This document shows positions 10,401 through 20,179 of a stretch of DNA of 64,000 nt, one piece after another. Both the position numbers and the translations under genes were made by a program. The DNA is from Polyangiaceae bacterium (GTDB taxonomy: Bacteria > Myxococcota_A > Polyangia > Polyangiales > Polyangiaceae). How positions within the stretch are numbered: position 1 is the first letter of the stretch; the number at the start of each line of letters is the position of its first letter. The notes under the pieces are model-generated. The model had not been told where the DNA came from. It searched no databases and saw only the letters and a list, made by a program, of their open reading frames with translations. The stretch covers positions 32,001 through 96,000 of the forward strand of contig JBILLK010000022.1 in NCBI GenBank assembly GCA_044376115.1, in the 5' to 3' direction.

Positions 10401-10822
10401 GGGGAGGGCTCACGCAGCTCGAGGTGCTGCTCAAGGATGGCTCGAATGTCTGCAGGAAGATCGATCGAAGTAACGGTGATCAGGTTGGTCGAGACGACGG
10501 TGTGCAGCACCTGGGCACACAGGCGCGAGTCCGCAGCGTTCATCAGCTCATAACGAACCACGGCGCTCCTCTTACCGATACGGGCGGCGGTGGTGCGCAC
10601 GGCCAGCGTGTCGCCGTAACGAACCGGCGATTTGAACGACATCTTCACGTCCACCGCTGGCAGGCCGATCTCCCGCTTGGTGATCAGCGCGCTGTAACCC
10701 CCTTCGAGGCCATCGAAGAAGTACTCCATGGCCTCGTGCGCAATATTGAGAAAGCGCGCAAAGAAAAGGATGCGCGCGGCATCCACCTCTTCGAAGCGAA
10801 CCTTGCGTTCGTAGACGATCAC
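10397..10822 (-). CDS. Acyl-CoA thioesterase (4HBT/YbgC hot-dog family)
   Basis: VRFEEVDAARILFFARF and FKSPVRYGD motifs; GTG start overlaps the upstream stop. Confidence 0.85.
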   Translation of the reverse strand: MIVYERKVRFEEVDAARILFFARFLNIAHEAMEYFFDGLEGGYSALITKREIGLPAVDVKMSFKSPVRYGDTLAVRTTAARIGKRSAVVRYELMNAADSRLCAQVLHTVVSTNLITVTSIDLPADIRAILEQHLELREPSP

Positions 10823-11409
10823 GAACTGGGCGCCGCTAGGTCTTCCCGCAGCTGGGCTACGACCGCGGGGCCAAACACGACCTCGACCGGGTAGGCCGGG
10901 TGCTGGCAAACCAACTTTGCCTCGACCGTGGGGCGCGCCAACGCCGCGACCGCCTCCGCCGACAAGTCGAACTTGAAGTAGTGAACCGCAGTCGTCCGCG
11001 CGATGCCCTCGACCGAGCGGTCTTTGGCCTGCCCTTGGCTGACGTGACCGTCGAAAACCAACGCGAGCTTTTCTTCGAGCCCGGCGAGCTTTTCGAGCAT
11101 GCTCTCGCGAGCCTCTTTCTCGGCGATCTCGATGGTCAGCGTGAGCGAGAGCTGATTCGGCCCCGGGATCAGGTCATTGTAGGTCTCGATCTCGTGAGCG
11201 ATCGCCGACTCTTGCGTGATGCGTTCAGTGCGGACCATCTCCTGAATTTGGAGCAGCACGCTGTCTCGGTTCTCGAAGATCGCCGTCATGATGCCGCCCA
11301 ACGCGACTCGGCGCGACTTCTTGAGCTGGATCACGCGGCTGCGGAAATGCGGCCGAATCTCCTCGTATGCGGCGATACCCAGAACTTCGTTCCTTGCGAT
11401 CGGCAACAT
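10819..11409 (-). CDS. DUF3501 family protein
   Basis: FENRDSVLLQIQEMVRTER, EIETYNDLIP and RTTAVHYFKF; downstream of rubrerythrin and the Fe-S oxidoreductase. Confidence 0.85.
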   Translation of the reverse strand: MLPIARNEVLGIAAYEEIRPHFRSRVIQLKKSRRVALGGIMTAIFENRDSVLLQIQEMVRTERITQESAIAHEIETYNDLIPGPNQLSLTLTIEIAEKEARESMLEKLAGLEEKLALVFDGHVSQGQAKDRSVEGIARTTAVHYFKFDLSAEAVAALARPTVEAKLVCQHPAYPVEVVFGPAVVAQLREDLAAPSS

Positions 11410-11444
11410 GGTTGTGGCTCCTTACTCCGGCGAGGCCGGCTTGA

Positions 11445-12860
11445 TCATTCGACGGATGCTTCGACGACGGTCACGCCCGAAGTACCGACGGCATCCATGA
11501 GGCCGTACGCCTCGGCGACCGCCTCGATCGGGTGGACGACGCGCACTGGAGGTCGCAGGCCGTTCTTGATCTCGAAGTCGATGCGCAGCGCGGACAAGGT
11601 GCAGTCCGTCACGATCAGATCCGGCTCGAGCTCACTGACCCCACGGATCAGCTTCTGGGCGTATTTACGGCCGGTGGCGTAGTTCTTCGCCTTCATGCCC
11701 CAGGTCCCGTCGACGGCGCTGCACTCCTCGACCGAGCGCACATCCGTGCCCTCCACCTTGGACAGGAGACGCTGCCCGGGGTAGCCGATCTTTTGGGCTT
11801 TGAGGTGGCAAGCCACGTGATAGGCGACGGTGCCAAGGCCCTTCGTGAATTGCAGTTTGAGCTGCTTCTTCTTGCCGAGGTCCACGAGGAATTCCATCAA
11901 GTCCATGGTGGCGGCCGCTACTTTGCGTGCGGCGGCGGTGGGCACGTACTCAGGCCACTCGCGCTTCATGGTGTAACCGCAAGTAGGGCTGGGCACGATG
12001 ATCTTCAAGCCTGCCTCGACCTGCGGCAGCAACAACGCGACGTTGTGTTCAACCTTCTTTACGAAGGCGTTCACATCACCACCGTCGAGGTTGGGCATGC
12101 CGCAGCACGTGGCGGCGGCCAGTGCGTCCCCTGGCGTGCTCTCTCCTGGAAGCAGCACACTGAAGCCATTGTGCTCGAGCACGCGAACGGCTGCGGCTGG
12201 CACAGAAGGCGCGTTGAACTCGCCGTAACACGTGGTGAACAGCACGACCTGCTGATCGAGCTTGGGTCGCTCCTCGGCTTGGTGCTTCTCGATCCAGGTG
12301 GAGAAACGCTCTTTCGCCATCGGCGGGATGGGGAACTCCGAGCTGATGCCGAGCACCTTTTCCTGCGTCTTGCGCACCAAGCGGTTGCGGTGGACGAAGT
12401 TGGTCAGCGGTGCAAATACGCCCGCTCCGAGCGCTCCCACGAGCTGCGGCTCACCGAGAACGCGGTCCACCACCGGGACGCCCTCACGCCGCGAAAGCAC
12501 AGCCTTGGTGCGCGCCATCAGGCGCGGGAAATCGAGCAGCTCGGTGGCGTCGTCGTCCTTGGTGTACGGACACTTGACGAAACACAGCTTGCACTGCCAG
12601 CACTCATCCATCACCGCGCGGAAGTCCTGAGCATCGAGCGCCTCTGCGCCTTCTGCGCGGGCTTTGTCGATGTCGCGGTCGATGCGCTGGAACAGCTCCG
12701 GGAACGACTTGCAGTAGCCGACGCACATGCGGCACTCGTGACAGATCTGAAACGTCCGCGTCAGCTCCTGCTCCAAATCCCGCTCGTCGAAGTAACGCGG
12801 GTCCGAAGGAGAGGTCGCTGGGGGCGTGGCCGGTGTTCTCGCGATCTTGCTCATCTGCAC
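11445..12860 (-). CDS. Rubrerythrin-associated Fe-S oxidoreductase (GlpC/HdrD-like, CCG domains)
   Basis: CHECRMCVGYC and CWQCKLCFVKCPY ferredoxin motifs, CCGMP, YHVACH, CSAVDGTWG. Confidence 0.88.
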   Translation of the reverse strand: MQMSKIARTPATPPATSPSDPRYFDERDLEQELTRTFQICHECRMCVGYCKSFPELFQRIDRDIDKARAEGAEALDAQDFRAVMDECWQCKLCFVKCPYTKDDDATELLDFPRLMARTKAVLSRREGVPVVDRVLGEPQLVGALGAGVFAPLTNFVHRNRLVRKTQEKVLGISSEFPIPPMAKERFSTWIEKHQAEERPKLDQQVVLFTTCYGEFNAPSVPAAAVRVLEHNGFSVLLPGESTPGDALAAATCCGMPNLDGGDVNAFVKKVEHNVALLLPQVEAGLKIIVPSPTCGYTMKREWPEYVPTAAARKVAAATMDLMEFLVDLGKKKQLKLQFTKGLGTVAYHVACHLKAQKIGYPGQRLLSKVEGTDVRSVEECSAVDGTWGMKAKNYATGRKYAQKLIRGVSELEPDLIVTDCTLSALRIDFEIKNGLRPPVRVVHPIEAVAEAYGLMDAVGTSGVTVVEASVE

Positions 12861-12872
12861 TGCCGTCGGGTC

Positions 12873-12911
12873 AAAACGAAAAAGCGGGGCCTCTCCGAAT
12901 AGAGAGACCCC
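12873..12911 (-). terminator. Intrinsic terminator between rubrerythrin and the oxidoreductase
   Basis: Minus strand reads GGGGTCTCTCT-ATTC-GGAGAGGCCCC followed by GCTTTTTCGTTTT. Confidence 0.7.
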
Positions 12912-12921
12912 TCACGTGAGC

Positions 12922-13344
12922 TCAGAAATCGAGCCCTTCGAGCGCCTTCTGGAAACGACCAGCGTGCGACTTCTCAGCCTTCGCGAGCGTCTCGAACCAC
13001 TCGGCGACGTCGTCGAAGCCCTCCTCGCGAGCCTGCTTGGCCATGCTCGGGTACATCGTCTCGTACTCGTGCGTCTCGCCAGCGACCGAGGCCTTCAGGT
13101 TCTTCTCGGTGGTGCCGATCGGAAGGCCCGTTGCCGGATCTCCAGCCTGACGCAGGTAGTCGAGATGACCGTGCGCGTGGCCGGTCTCGCCGTCAGCCGT
13201 GTCCTTGAAGAGACCAGCCACCTCGGGTCGGCCTTCCACGTCAGCGACCTTGGCGAAGTACATGTAGCGCCGGTTCGCTTGGCTCTCTCCAGCGAATGCC
13301 GCCTTCAAATTCTCGTGCGTCTTCGTGCCTAGAAGCTTTGCCAT
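12922..13344 (-). CDS. Short rubrerythrin (no rubredoxin domain)
   Basis: [36 protein letters not shown] and AEKSHAGRF diiron motifs; start MAKLLG. Confidence 0.93.
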   Translation of the reverse strand: MAKLLGTKTHENLKAAFAGESQANRRYMYFAKVADVEGRPEVAGLFKDTADGETGHAHGHLDYLRQAGDPATGLPIGTTEKNLKASVAGETHEYETMYPSMAKQAREEGFDDVAEWFETLAKAEKSHAGRFQKALEGLDF

Positions 13345-13587
13345 CGTTCCATCCTCTGTTGGTTGGTGAAGCGGGTGCTTTCGTCTGGGGCCGGACGTGA
13401 TTCGCAGAAGCGACCCGCCTTGCACCGACGCCCGCTGGTGTAGACGGTCTCCCACCCCGGCTCAACGTGTCTTTACGGTCCGCCTGACCCATCGCCCTCG
13501 GCATGTGGGTGACGCGAGCACACGTGCGCGCCGTAAATTCGATGCGCAAAGAGGACAGTCGCTTGCAGGTTCGCTAACATCCGAGCG

Positions 13588-15261
13588 ATGCGCGCTTCAA
13601 TCTTCGCCACCGTTTTAGCGACCCTCGCGGTCACGGCGTGCAAGTCCCCCATTCGCTGCTTCGACGATACTTGCGACGGCAACGGAGGATCGGATGGGCA
13701 AGGCGCGTCGAGCTCGACCAACGGTGGCGGCGGTGAGAGCGCGGGGGTTGGGGCCAGCGGTGGCGGTGGCGAGGGAGTTGGCGGCGCTGCCACGGTCTGC
13801 GGCGATGGCAAGGCGGAGGGCGACGAGGCCTGCGATACGCTCGATTTCGGCGCCTTGAGCTGCGCCGCATTGGGCTTGCCTCCGCAAGGTCTTTTGACCT
13901 GCACCGGCACCTGCTCGATCCTGGCCGATACGTGCTTCACCCTGTGCGGCAACGGGATCCTGGATCCCGGTGAAGTGTGCGACGGAGCCGCGCTCAACGA
14001 CCAGACCTGCCCCAGCGTATTGCCGGCGTCCCCGGGCGGTACGCTCGGTTGTGCTGCCAACTGCGCGTCCTTCGCCACCGACGCCTGCGAGGCGCCGGTT
14101 GGTTGTGGCAACGGCACGCTGGACGCTGGCGAGCCTTGCGACGCTGCGAATCTCAATGACCAGACCTGCGCTTCGCAAGGCTTCGCCGCTGGTACGCTGA
14201 GCTGCGCGCCGAACTGTGCGTTCAACTACGCGCAATGCAGCACCTGCGGCAACGACGCGCTCAACTCGGGCGAGCAATGCGACGGCACAGCGCTCGGCGG
14301 TCAGAACTGCAACTCTCTCGGGTACGGCGGCGGCTCACTCGCTTGCAGCGGCGCCTGCACCTTCGACGTTTCGAGTTGCACGCCCTGCGGCAACGGCGTC
14401 GTGAACGGCGGAGAGGCTTGCGACGGTGGGGACTTCGCAGGGAAGACCTGCGCGACCTACGGCTACTCGGTCGGGTCGCTCGGCTGCGACACGAGCTGCG
14501 CCGTAGTGACGAGCGGCTGCACCAACTGCGGCGACGGTCAAATCCAGGCGGGCGAGGCCTGTGACGGCGGGAATCTCAATGGCTCATCGTGCACGTCGAT
14601 CGGGTTTGATGGCGGTGGCAACCTGGCCTGCAACGGCAACTGCACCTTCAACGCCGCAGGCTGTTCCACCGTCTCGTGCGGCGATGGAGACGTCGAAGCA
14701 CCCGAGCAGTGCGACGGCGGCAACCTCGCTGGGCAAAGCTGCCAAAGCCTTGGGTTTGCCCAGGGCACGCTGAGTTGCAACAACTGCGCGTTCAACACGG
14801 CTGGCTGCTCGCTGTGCGGCAACGGCGTCGTCAACGGGGGCGAGCAATGCGACGGAGGCAACCTCAACGGCTACGGCTGCAACAGCCTCGGCTACACCGC
14901 AGGAAGCTTGCAGTGCAACGGGGGCTGCGGCTTTGACGTCAGCGCCTGTTCAACCTGCGGTGACGGCGTTGTCGGGCCAGGCGAGCAATGCGACAACGGC
15001 GACCTCGCCGGGCAAAGCTGCAACTCGCTGGGCTTCGTCTCCGGCAGTCTCTCGTGCAACAGCAATTGCACGTTCAACGCGGGTGGCTGCAGTAACTGCG
15101 GCAACGGCGTGATTGACGCGGGCGAGTCCTGCGACGGAGGAGACTTCGGCGGGTACGATTGCAGCTCCTACGGCTACAGCTATGGCTCGCTCGATTGCAT
15201 CGGCTGCATCACGCAGACGTACAATTGTTACTACTGGGGTTGCGACCCGTACTGCTTCTGA
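13588..15261 (+). CDS. Cys-rich repeat lipoprotein (10 repeats)
   Basis: Lipobox VTAC, Gly-rich linker, ten ~47-aa units of consensus CG(N/D)Gxxxx(G)ExCD...C...LxC...C...C. Confidence 0.88.
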   Translation: MRASIFATVLATLAVTACKSPIRCFDDTCDGNGGSDGQGASSSTNGGGGESAGVGASGGGGEGVGGAATVCGDGKAEGDEACDTLDFGALSCAALGLPPQGLLTCTGTCSILADTCFTLCGNGILDPGEVCDGAALNDQTCPSVLPASPGGTLGCAANCASFATDACEAPVGCGNGTLDAGEPCDAANLNDQTCASQGFAAGTLSCAPNCAFNYAQCSTCGNDALNSGEQCDGTALGGQNCNSLGYGGGSLACSGACTFDVSSCTPCGNGVVNGGEACDGGDFAGKTCATYGYSVGSLGCDTSCAVVTSGCTNCGDGQIQAGEACDGGNLNGSSCTSIGFDGGGNLACNGNCTFNAAGCSTVSCGDGDVEAPEQCDGGNLAGQSCQSLGFAQGTLSCNNCAFNTAGCSLCGNGVVNGGEQCDGGNLNGYGCNSLGYTAGSLQCNGGCGFDVSACSTCGDGVVGPGEQCDNGDLAGQSCNSLGFVSGSLSCNSNCTFNAGGCSNCGNGVIDAGESCDGGDFGGYDCSSYGYSYGSLDCIGCITQTYNCYYWGCDPYCF

Positions 15262-16190
15262 TGAAGGGAGTCGCACGGCTGACGGTGGTTGTGTTGGCAG
15301 GGCTGCTTTCGGCCTGCACCAACCCGGTGCGCTGTTTTGACGAGTCGTGCAGCACGGGCGGCGCGCCCACGGGTGGTGCGAGCGCGGGTGGAGCGGGTGG
15401 AGCAGGCGGCGAGGGTGCCGGTGGCGACGGAGCGGGTGGCATGGGTGGCGCGCCTCAGCCGGTGACCTGCGGCGACGGGCTGGCCGAAGCGGCAGAACTC
15501 TGCGATGGCAGTGACTTCAAATTGGCGAGTTGCGTCTCGCTCAACTTGCCGCCGGGCAAGTTGGTTTGCGATGGGCAGTGTGTGCCCGATGCAGGCTTTT
15601 GCAGGGGCTCTTGCACCGGCGCCGCGGTGGACGCAGGCGAGGTCTGTGACGGGATGAACGGGTTGAGCGACTGCACCACCGTGCTCGGCGTAGGCTTCAG
15701 CGGCGCGTTGGGCTGTTCACCGCTTTGCCTAGCCGTGGACACCTCCGCCTGCGTGCTGATGGCCGACTCCTGCGGCAACATGGCGGTGGACGCCCCCGAG
15801 CTATGCGACGGCTCGGTGGGGGCCGAGAGCTGCGAGACGTTGGGGTTCGAAGGTGGGGAGCTCGCCTGCGGAGCCAACTGCACCTGGGACGTGAGCGACT
15901 GCCACCGCTGTGGAGATGGTGAGCTGAACCCCGGTGAGCCTTGCGACGGCGCGGCGCTTGGTGCGACCACCTGCAGCACGCTTGGCTTCGTTGGCGGTGA
16001 GCTCGGTTGCTTGGCCGATTGCACCTTTGATACCAGCGGCTGCGACGGCTGCGGAAACGGGGTGCTCAACAGCGGAGAAGAGTGCGACGCTGATGCGTTT
16101 GGCGGGCTCACCTGCGGTGACTTTGGTTTTGCTGGAGGTGAGCTGAACTGCAGTGAAAGCTGCGTTCTTTCTACCTCTGGATGTTTTTAG
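15261..16190 (+). CDS. Cys-rich repeat lipoprotein (5 repeats), paralogue of the upstream gene
   Basis: TGATG stop/start overlap, lipobox LSAC, five units of the same repeat. Confidence 0.85.
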   Translation: MKGVARLTVVVLAGLLSACTNPVRCFDESCSTGGAPTGGASAGGAGGAGGEGAGGDGAGGMGGAPQPVTCGDGLAEAAELCDGSDFKLASCVSLNLPPGKLVCDGQCVPDAGFCRGSCTGAAVDAGEVCDGMNGLSDCTTVLGVGFSGALGCSPLCLAVDTSACVLMADSCGNMAVDAPELCDGSVGAESCETLGFEGGELACGANCTWDVSDCHRCGDGELNPGEPCDGAALGATTCSTLGFVGGELGCLADCTFDTSGCDGCGNGVLNSGEECDADAFGGLTCGDFGFAGGELNCSESCVLSTSGCF

Positions 16191-16264
16191 GAACCGGCGC
16201 TTGCACAAGTTATGAAGCTCGGCTAGGTTCCGCCCCCCGTTCTAGAAGGAGTCTTTGGTTTCAC

Positions 16265-16486
16265 ATGCCGAGCGAAGCGATTCAATGCAAACCCCTCGAA
16301 GTCAGCGTCGGTGACAAAGGCATCGAGCGCGCGATCAAGCACCTAAAGCGGAAGATGGCCGCAGAGGGGATCCTGCGTGAGCTGAAGAGGCGTCGGCACT
16401 ACATGAAGCCCTCGGTCAAGCGCCGGAAGAAGGCCTCGGAGGCCGCTCGTCGTCGTCGCAAGCGCTCCAAGATCGAGATGATTTGA
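16265..16486 (+). CDS. rpsU: 30S ribosomal protein S21
   Basis: IERAIKHLKRKMAAEGILRELKRRRHYMKPSVKRRKK. Confidence 0.93.
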   Translation: MPSEAIQCKPLEVSVGDKGIERAIKHLKRKMAAEGILRELKRRRHYMKPSVKRRKKASEAARRRRKRSKIEMI

Positions 16487-16493
16487 GATAGCC

Positions 16494-16531
16494 GCTGGCT
16501 CGTGAGCTCTTGCGAGACCATCAGAGCCAGC
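16494..16531 (+). other. Stem-loop just downstream of rpsU
   Basis: GCTGGCTC...GAGCCAGC outer stem with inner CTC-TTGC-GAG; no clear U-tract. Confidence 0.4.
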
Positions 16532-17532
16532 AGCCAAAGCGGGTCGTAGTTCTTACGACGTCGTTTCCCCGAAGCCCGGATGATCCATCCGGGCATTTCG
16601 TTCTTTCGGATGTACGACGTCGACTTCGCGCATGTGATTGCACCGTGCGCGTGCTGGCTCCGGGGCCCGCCGCCGTAACCAACCCCGAGCCTCGGTTGGT
16701 GGTTGAGCGGCTTGGTGGTGAGCAGGCCTTCGGCTGGCCAGGAGTGCTCGCACGGTTGCGCGAGCGGCCTAGCCGCGCCTTGCAGGTCGCCGCGTTCTTG
16801 GCTCGCGTGCGTAGGCGACTTCACGCGTGCCCCGCCGAGCTCGTGGTCGCGCATTGGTTTTGGCCGTGCGGCCTCTTGGCGCTCGAACAGGCGCGAGCGA
16901 GCGAACTTTGGGCCCACGGCAGCGACGTGCGGCTGATGCTCCGGCGACCCCAGCTGCTTGCGGCCTTTGCTTCGCTCGCCGTTCGTCGTCCGGCGCGGCT
17001 GGTGTTCGTCGCCGAGCATCTGCGGGCCGCCTTCTTGCGGGCGCTGACGCCTGCGCTGCGGGCCCGCCTGGAGCCGCAGACGGCGGTGGAAGCACCGCCG
17101 ATCGAGCTGCCGGACAGTGGCGGTCATCCCGCCCTCGTGAGCGAGCTTCCAAAGGGCCCTTTCATCGCCTGGGTGGGCCGGCTGATCGCGAGCAAAGATC
17201 CCGAGTTGGCGCTGCGAGTCGCTCGAGGAGCCGGCCTGCCGCTGGTGGTGGTGGGAGACGGGCCGCTCTCGTTACCAGCCCAAGCGGGGGTGCTTCAGCT
17301 AGGGCTCCGGCCCCGCGGCCAAGCGCTCGAGGTGATTCGACGCAGCCGCCTGCTGCTCTCTACGTCGCGGGAGGAAGGCCTTTCAACGGTGATTCGCGAG
17401 GCGTTGGCTGCGGAGCGCCCGGTGGTTGCGCTGCGTTGCCCCTCCCTCCCCTACCATCCGCTGGTGCACGCCTGTGAAAGCGAACGCGAAATGATCACCA
17501 CGGTGCAGATTATCGCTCAGCAAACCGGCTGA
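16510..17532 (+). CDS. Glycosyltransferase, family 4
   Basis: VVLTTSFPR, AHW, HGSDV, WVGRL..SK and SREEGLSTVIREALA. Confidence 0.85.
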   Translation: MRDHQSQQPKRVVVLTTSFPRSPDDPSGHFVLSDVRRRLRACDCTVRVLAPGPAAVTNPEPRLVVERLGGEQAFGWPGVLARLRERPSRALQVAAFLARVRRRLHACPAELVVAHWFWPCGLLALEQARASELWAHGSDVRLMLRRPQLLAAFASLAVRRPARLVFVAEHLRAAFLRALTPALRARLEPQTAVEAPPIELPDSGGHPALVSELPKGPFIAWVGRLIASKDPELALRVARGAGLPLVVVGDGPLSLPAQAGVLQLGLRPRGQALEVIRRSRLLLSTSREEGLSTVIREALAAERPVVALRCPSLPYHPLVHACESEREMITTVQIIAQQTG

Positions 17533-17558
17533 ATGCACCGCTTGCTCCATTGCGCTCC

Positions 17559-18620
17559 ATGGTCGAGACCGAAGCACTGCTCGCCACCCTCTATGCCGCC
17601 CCGGGCGTGCGCGCGGGCGCGTATGAACTCGCGCTCGACGGACGACGCTTTCTCGTCGCTGTCGCCGAGATCGACTTTCAGTTTGCTGGCTTGGGTGACG
17701 CGCTCGAGCCAGTGATGCTCAACGCCGGCAACGACCAGCTGCGAGATCAAGGCGGCGGTGCGCTTCCACCGTACTTGCCCGAGGCGGAGGTGGGCATCGA
17801 TGGTCCGCGCGGAAAAACGCCGCTGCGGCTGCGCATGGGTCGCGGCACCTCCGCGCTGATCGACAAAGTTGGGCGGCACAAGGACTTCGCGATGAGCGCG
17901 CCGCTGTGGGGCAGCTTCCCGGCCATCTGCAAGAGTGGTCGGCTGCCCCTCACGCGGCTTCCCGCGCAGACGCCGTTCTCCGAGTTTCAGCGTGCGGCGA
18001 AGGATCAGCGCGTCGCTTGGCTCGCCGGCTGCGAGTGGTTCGAGCTCGACGGGGACTTCGGCAAGCTGCGGGGTCATTTGCCCAACGTCAACATGCGCTG
18101 TCTGATCGAGACGGCGGGCTTCGTTGGCGACCCGGAGCCGATGGAACCGATCCTGGCGCTCGACCGCGTGGTGATCTCACCGCACCGTCGCGCGCTCACC
18201 GTCTCCGGGCGCTGTCACGTGGAGCTCCGCGATCGCGGGACGCTGGAAGAGGCGCACTTGCGCTTTGCGCTCGCCTTGCGTGGCGCTGAGATCGAATGGC
18301 CCGAGTTCGGCCTACCGTCCAAACGAGCCTCGCTTGCGAGCCCAGCCGTGACCATCCCGCCGAAGCGGGTCGCCGAGACGCTCGTGCTCGAAGGCAACTC
18401 CGACACCGAACGAGCTCCGCTCAGCAGCGACTCGAGTGACCTTGATCGCACGCTCAAAGCCGATCTGCGGCTCGGTCGCGTGCCCAAACTCAACCGCGCC
18501 CACCCCCTGCCCTTCGCTGGCACCGCGGAGCGGCGCACCGACTCCCAGGCTCCCTGGGCGCGCCCGCCAGGGGGGCCGCTGGGTACCGACCCGTTGCCGC
18601 CGCCCGACCGTCCAGCTTGA
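17559..18620 (+). CDS. Divergent DUF2169-like protein with Pro-rich tail
   Basis: PYLPEAEV, FQRAAKDQRVAWLAGCEWFEL and LALDRVVI segments resemble DUF2169; recognition by eye. Confidence 0.5.
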   Translation: MVETEALLATLYAAPGVRAGAYELALDGRRFLVAVAEIDFQFAGLGDALEPVMLNAGNDQLRDQGGGALPPYLPEAEVGIDGPRGKTPLRLRMGRGTSALIDKVGRHKDFAMSAPLWGSFPAICKSGRLPLTRLPAQTPFSEFQRAAKDQRVAWLAGCEWFELDGDFGKLRGHLPNVNMRCLIETAGFVGDPEPMEPILALDRVVISPHRRALTVSGRCHVELRDRGTLEEAHLRFALALRGAEIEWPEFGLPSKRASLASPAVTIPPKRVAETLVLEGNSDTERAPLSSDSSDLDRTLKADLRLGRVPKLNRAHPLPFAGTAERRTDSQAPWARPPGGPLGTDPLPPPDRPA

Positions 18621-18668
18621 GCCACGCGCAGCTGGAGCGATCACGGCGTTCCGCGCTACAGTGCCGCC

Positions 18669-19367
18669 ATGATGAAGCTTCGCTTGGGTTGGCTGATGGG
18701 TGCGTTCACGCTCGTGGGTTGCGGCGGGAACGTGGTGTTCTCTGAGGATGGGGAGGGCGGAAACGGCGGGACCACCACCAACACGACCACCACGATCACC
18801 ACCAATCAGGGCGGAAGCTCTAGCAACAGCAATCCGGTCGGGCCGGATACGAGCGTGACCAACGTCACCACCGGCCCCAATTCAACCTGCGATGAGTTCT
18901 GCGCCAAGTTCGCCGATTGCGTCGAGGGCAGCTGCATCGATGACTGTTTTGGGCTTTACGCGCAAGGCTGTACGGCAGAGGCAGATCAGTACCTGCAGTG
19001 CCTGCTCGCCAACGCGGATTGTGACTTCGGCGGTGACGTCTGCCAGGCCGAGGTAGAGCAACTCTCGGAGTGTTTGAGCGGCAACAGCTGCTTTACCAAG
19101 GGCTGCAGCTCCGGCGGAAACGACTGCTTCTGCGACGGCAATTGCAACGGCAATCAGGTCAGCCAGTCCTGCTTCTCCGGCGGCCCAGAACCGGCTGGCC
19201 AAAGCGTTAGTGTTACCAGTGGAGGCGGTGGCGCGCCGCCTCCCCCCGGCGGCGGCTTCACCTGTGATTGCTTCATCAACAATGGGTACGTCGGCAGCTG
19301 CAACGGCTCGCCCGACCAAGTCTGCGGCGGCATCGAGCAGGGCTGCTGCGCGCAGATCTACTTCTGA
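18669..19367 (+). CDS. Cys-rich lipoprotein
   Basis: Lipobox LVGC, Thr/Gly linker, many paired Cys. Confidence 0.8.
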   Translation: MMKLRLGWLMGAFTLVGCGGNVVFSEDGEGGNGGTTTNTTTTITTNQGGSSSNSNPVGPDTSVTNVTTGPNSTCDEFCAKFADCVEGSCIDDCFGLYAQGCTAEADQYLQCLLANADCDFGGDVCQAEVEQLSECLSGNSCFTKGCSSGGNDCFCDGNCNGNQVSQSCFSGGPEPAGQSVSVTSGGGGAPPPPGGGFTCDCFINNGYVGSCNGSPDQVCGGIEQGCCAQIYF

Positions 19368-19373
19368 GCGCCG

Positions 19374-20117
19374 TTAGAACGCTGCACTAAAGGTGAGGCC
19401 CACGCGCGGCGCGGTGGGTGGGCTGAACCAAGCGTCTTCAATCGGGACCTCACCACCCTCCCCGCGCGGCACGCGGCGCGCACCTGCCGAGATCATCGGG
19501 ATGCCGGCGGAGAGTCCCACCGTCCCTCCGATGAGGCAGCCGAGCGAGGCCCAGCCGTAGGTGTCGTTGATCTCCCCTTCGACGCCTGAGATCGGCCAGC
19601 CGATCAACAGCGCAAGGCTCGCAACCAGCGACACGCCCCCGAGCACCGTGAGCACAGCTCCGCCGGCCACGAGACCAGGCTGCGTGGTGGTCAAACGATC
19701 GCGCTCGTCGGCCAAGAGCTCCTTGCGATCGCGCACCTCGTTATCGAGCCGCATCACCTCGTCGGCGTCGTCTTCGCGACGGGCGGCGCGCAGATCGGCC
19801 TGGGCCTCACGCAGCTCTTTGCTGAGTCGGCGCAAGTACGCGTCGATCTCGACCTCTGGAGCGTCCACCTCGGGTGGGCGCTCACTCGCGGCCTTCTTAC
19901 CCTTCTTGCGGGGCGGTGGCGGACTCTCCGCTTGCGCCGCGCGCTCGGCTTGCGCCGCTGTCTCGGCGTCCACCGTGGCGTTGTCCTCCACCGTGACCAC
20001 CATGCGTTTGCCCGACCGCTCCGACTCCTCGGCCTGGGCGTCTACCGTTGTCAATGAAGCGGCGCCGAGCGCAACGGTCAGCGCGACTCGCCGTAAGCAA
20101 AGTTGTCCCACCATCAT
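19374..20117 (-). CDS. Exported/membrane protein with coiled coil and two Gly-rich hydrophobic helices
   Basis: Signal peptide ending AQA, coiled coil, two TM-like segments, C-terminal strand VGLTFSAAF. Confidence 0.7.
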   Translation of the reverse strand: MMVGQLCLRRVALTVALGAASLTTVDAQAEESERSGKRMVVTVEDNATVDAETAAQAERAAQAESPPPPRKKGKKAASERPPEVDAPEVEIDAYLRRLSKELREAQADLRAARREDDADEVMRLDNEVRDRKELLADERDRLTTTQPGLVAGGAVLTVLGGVSLVASLALLIGWPISGVEGEINDTYGWASLGCLIGGTVGLSAGIPMISAGARRVPRGEGGEVPIEDAWFSPPTAPRVGLTFSAAF

Positions 20118-20179
20118 CGGCCGAGTCTCCCAGAAAGGGCCGACGCTGAATAGCCAGGGGCAGGATTGCAACACGGCAC

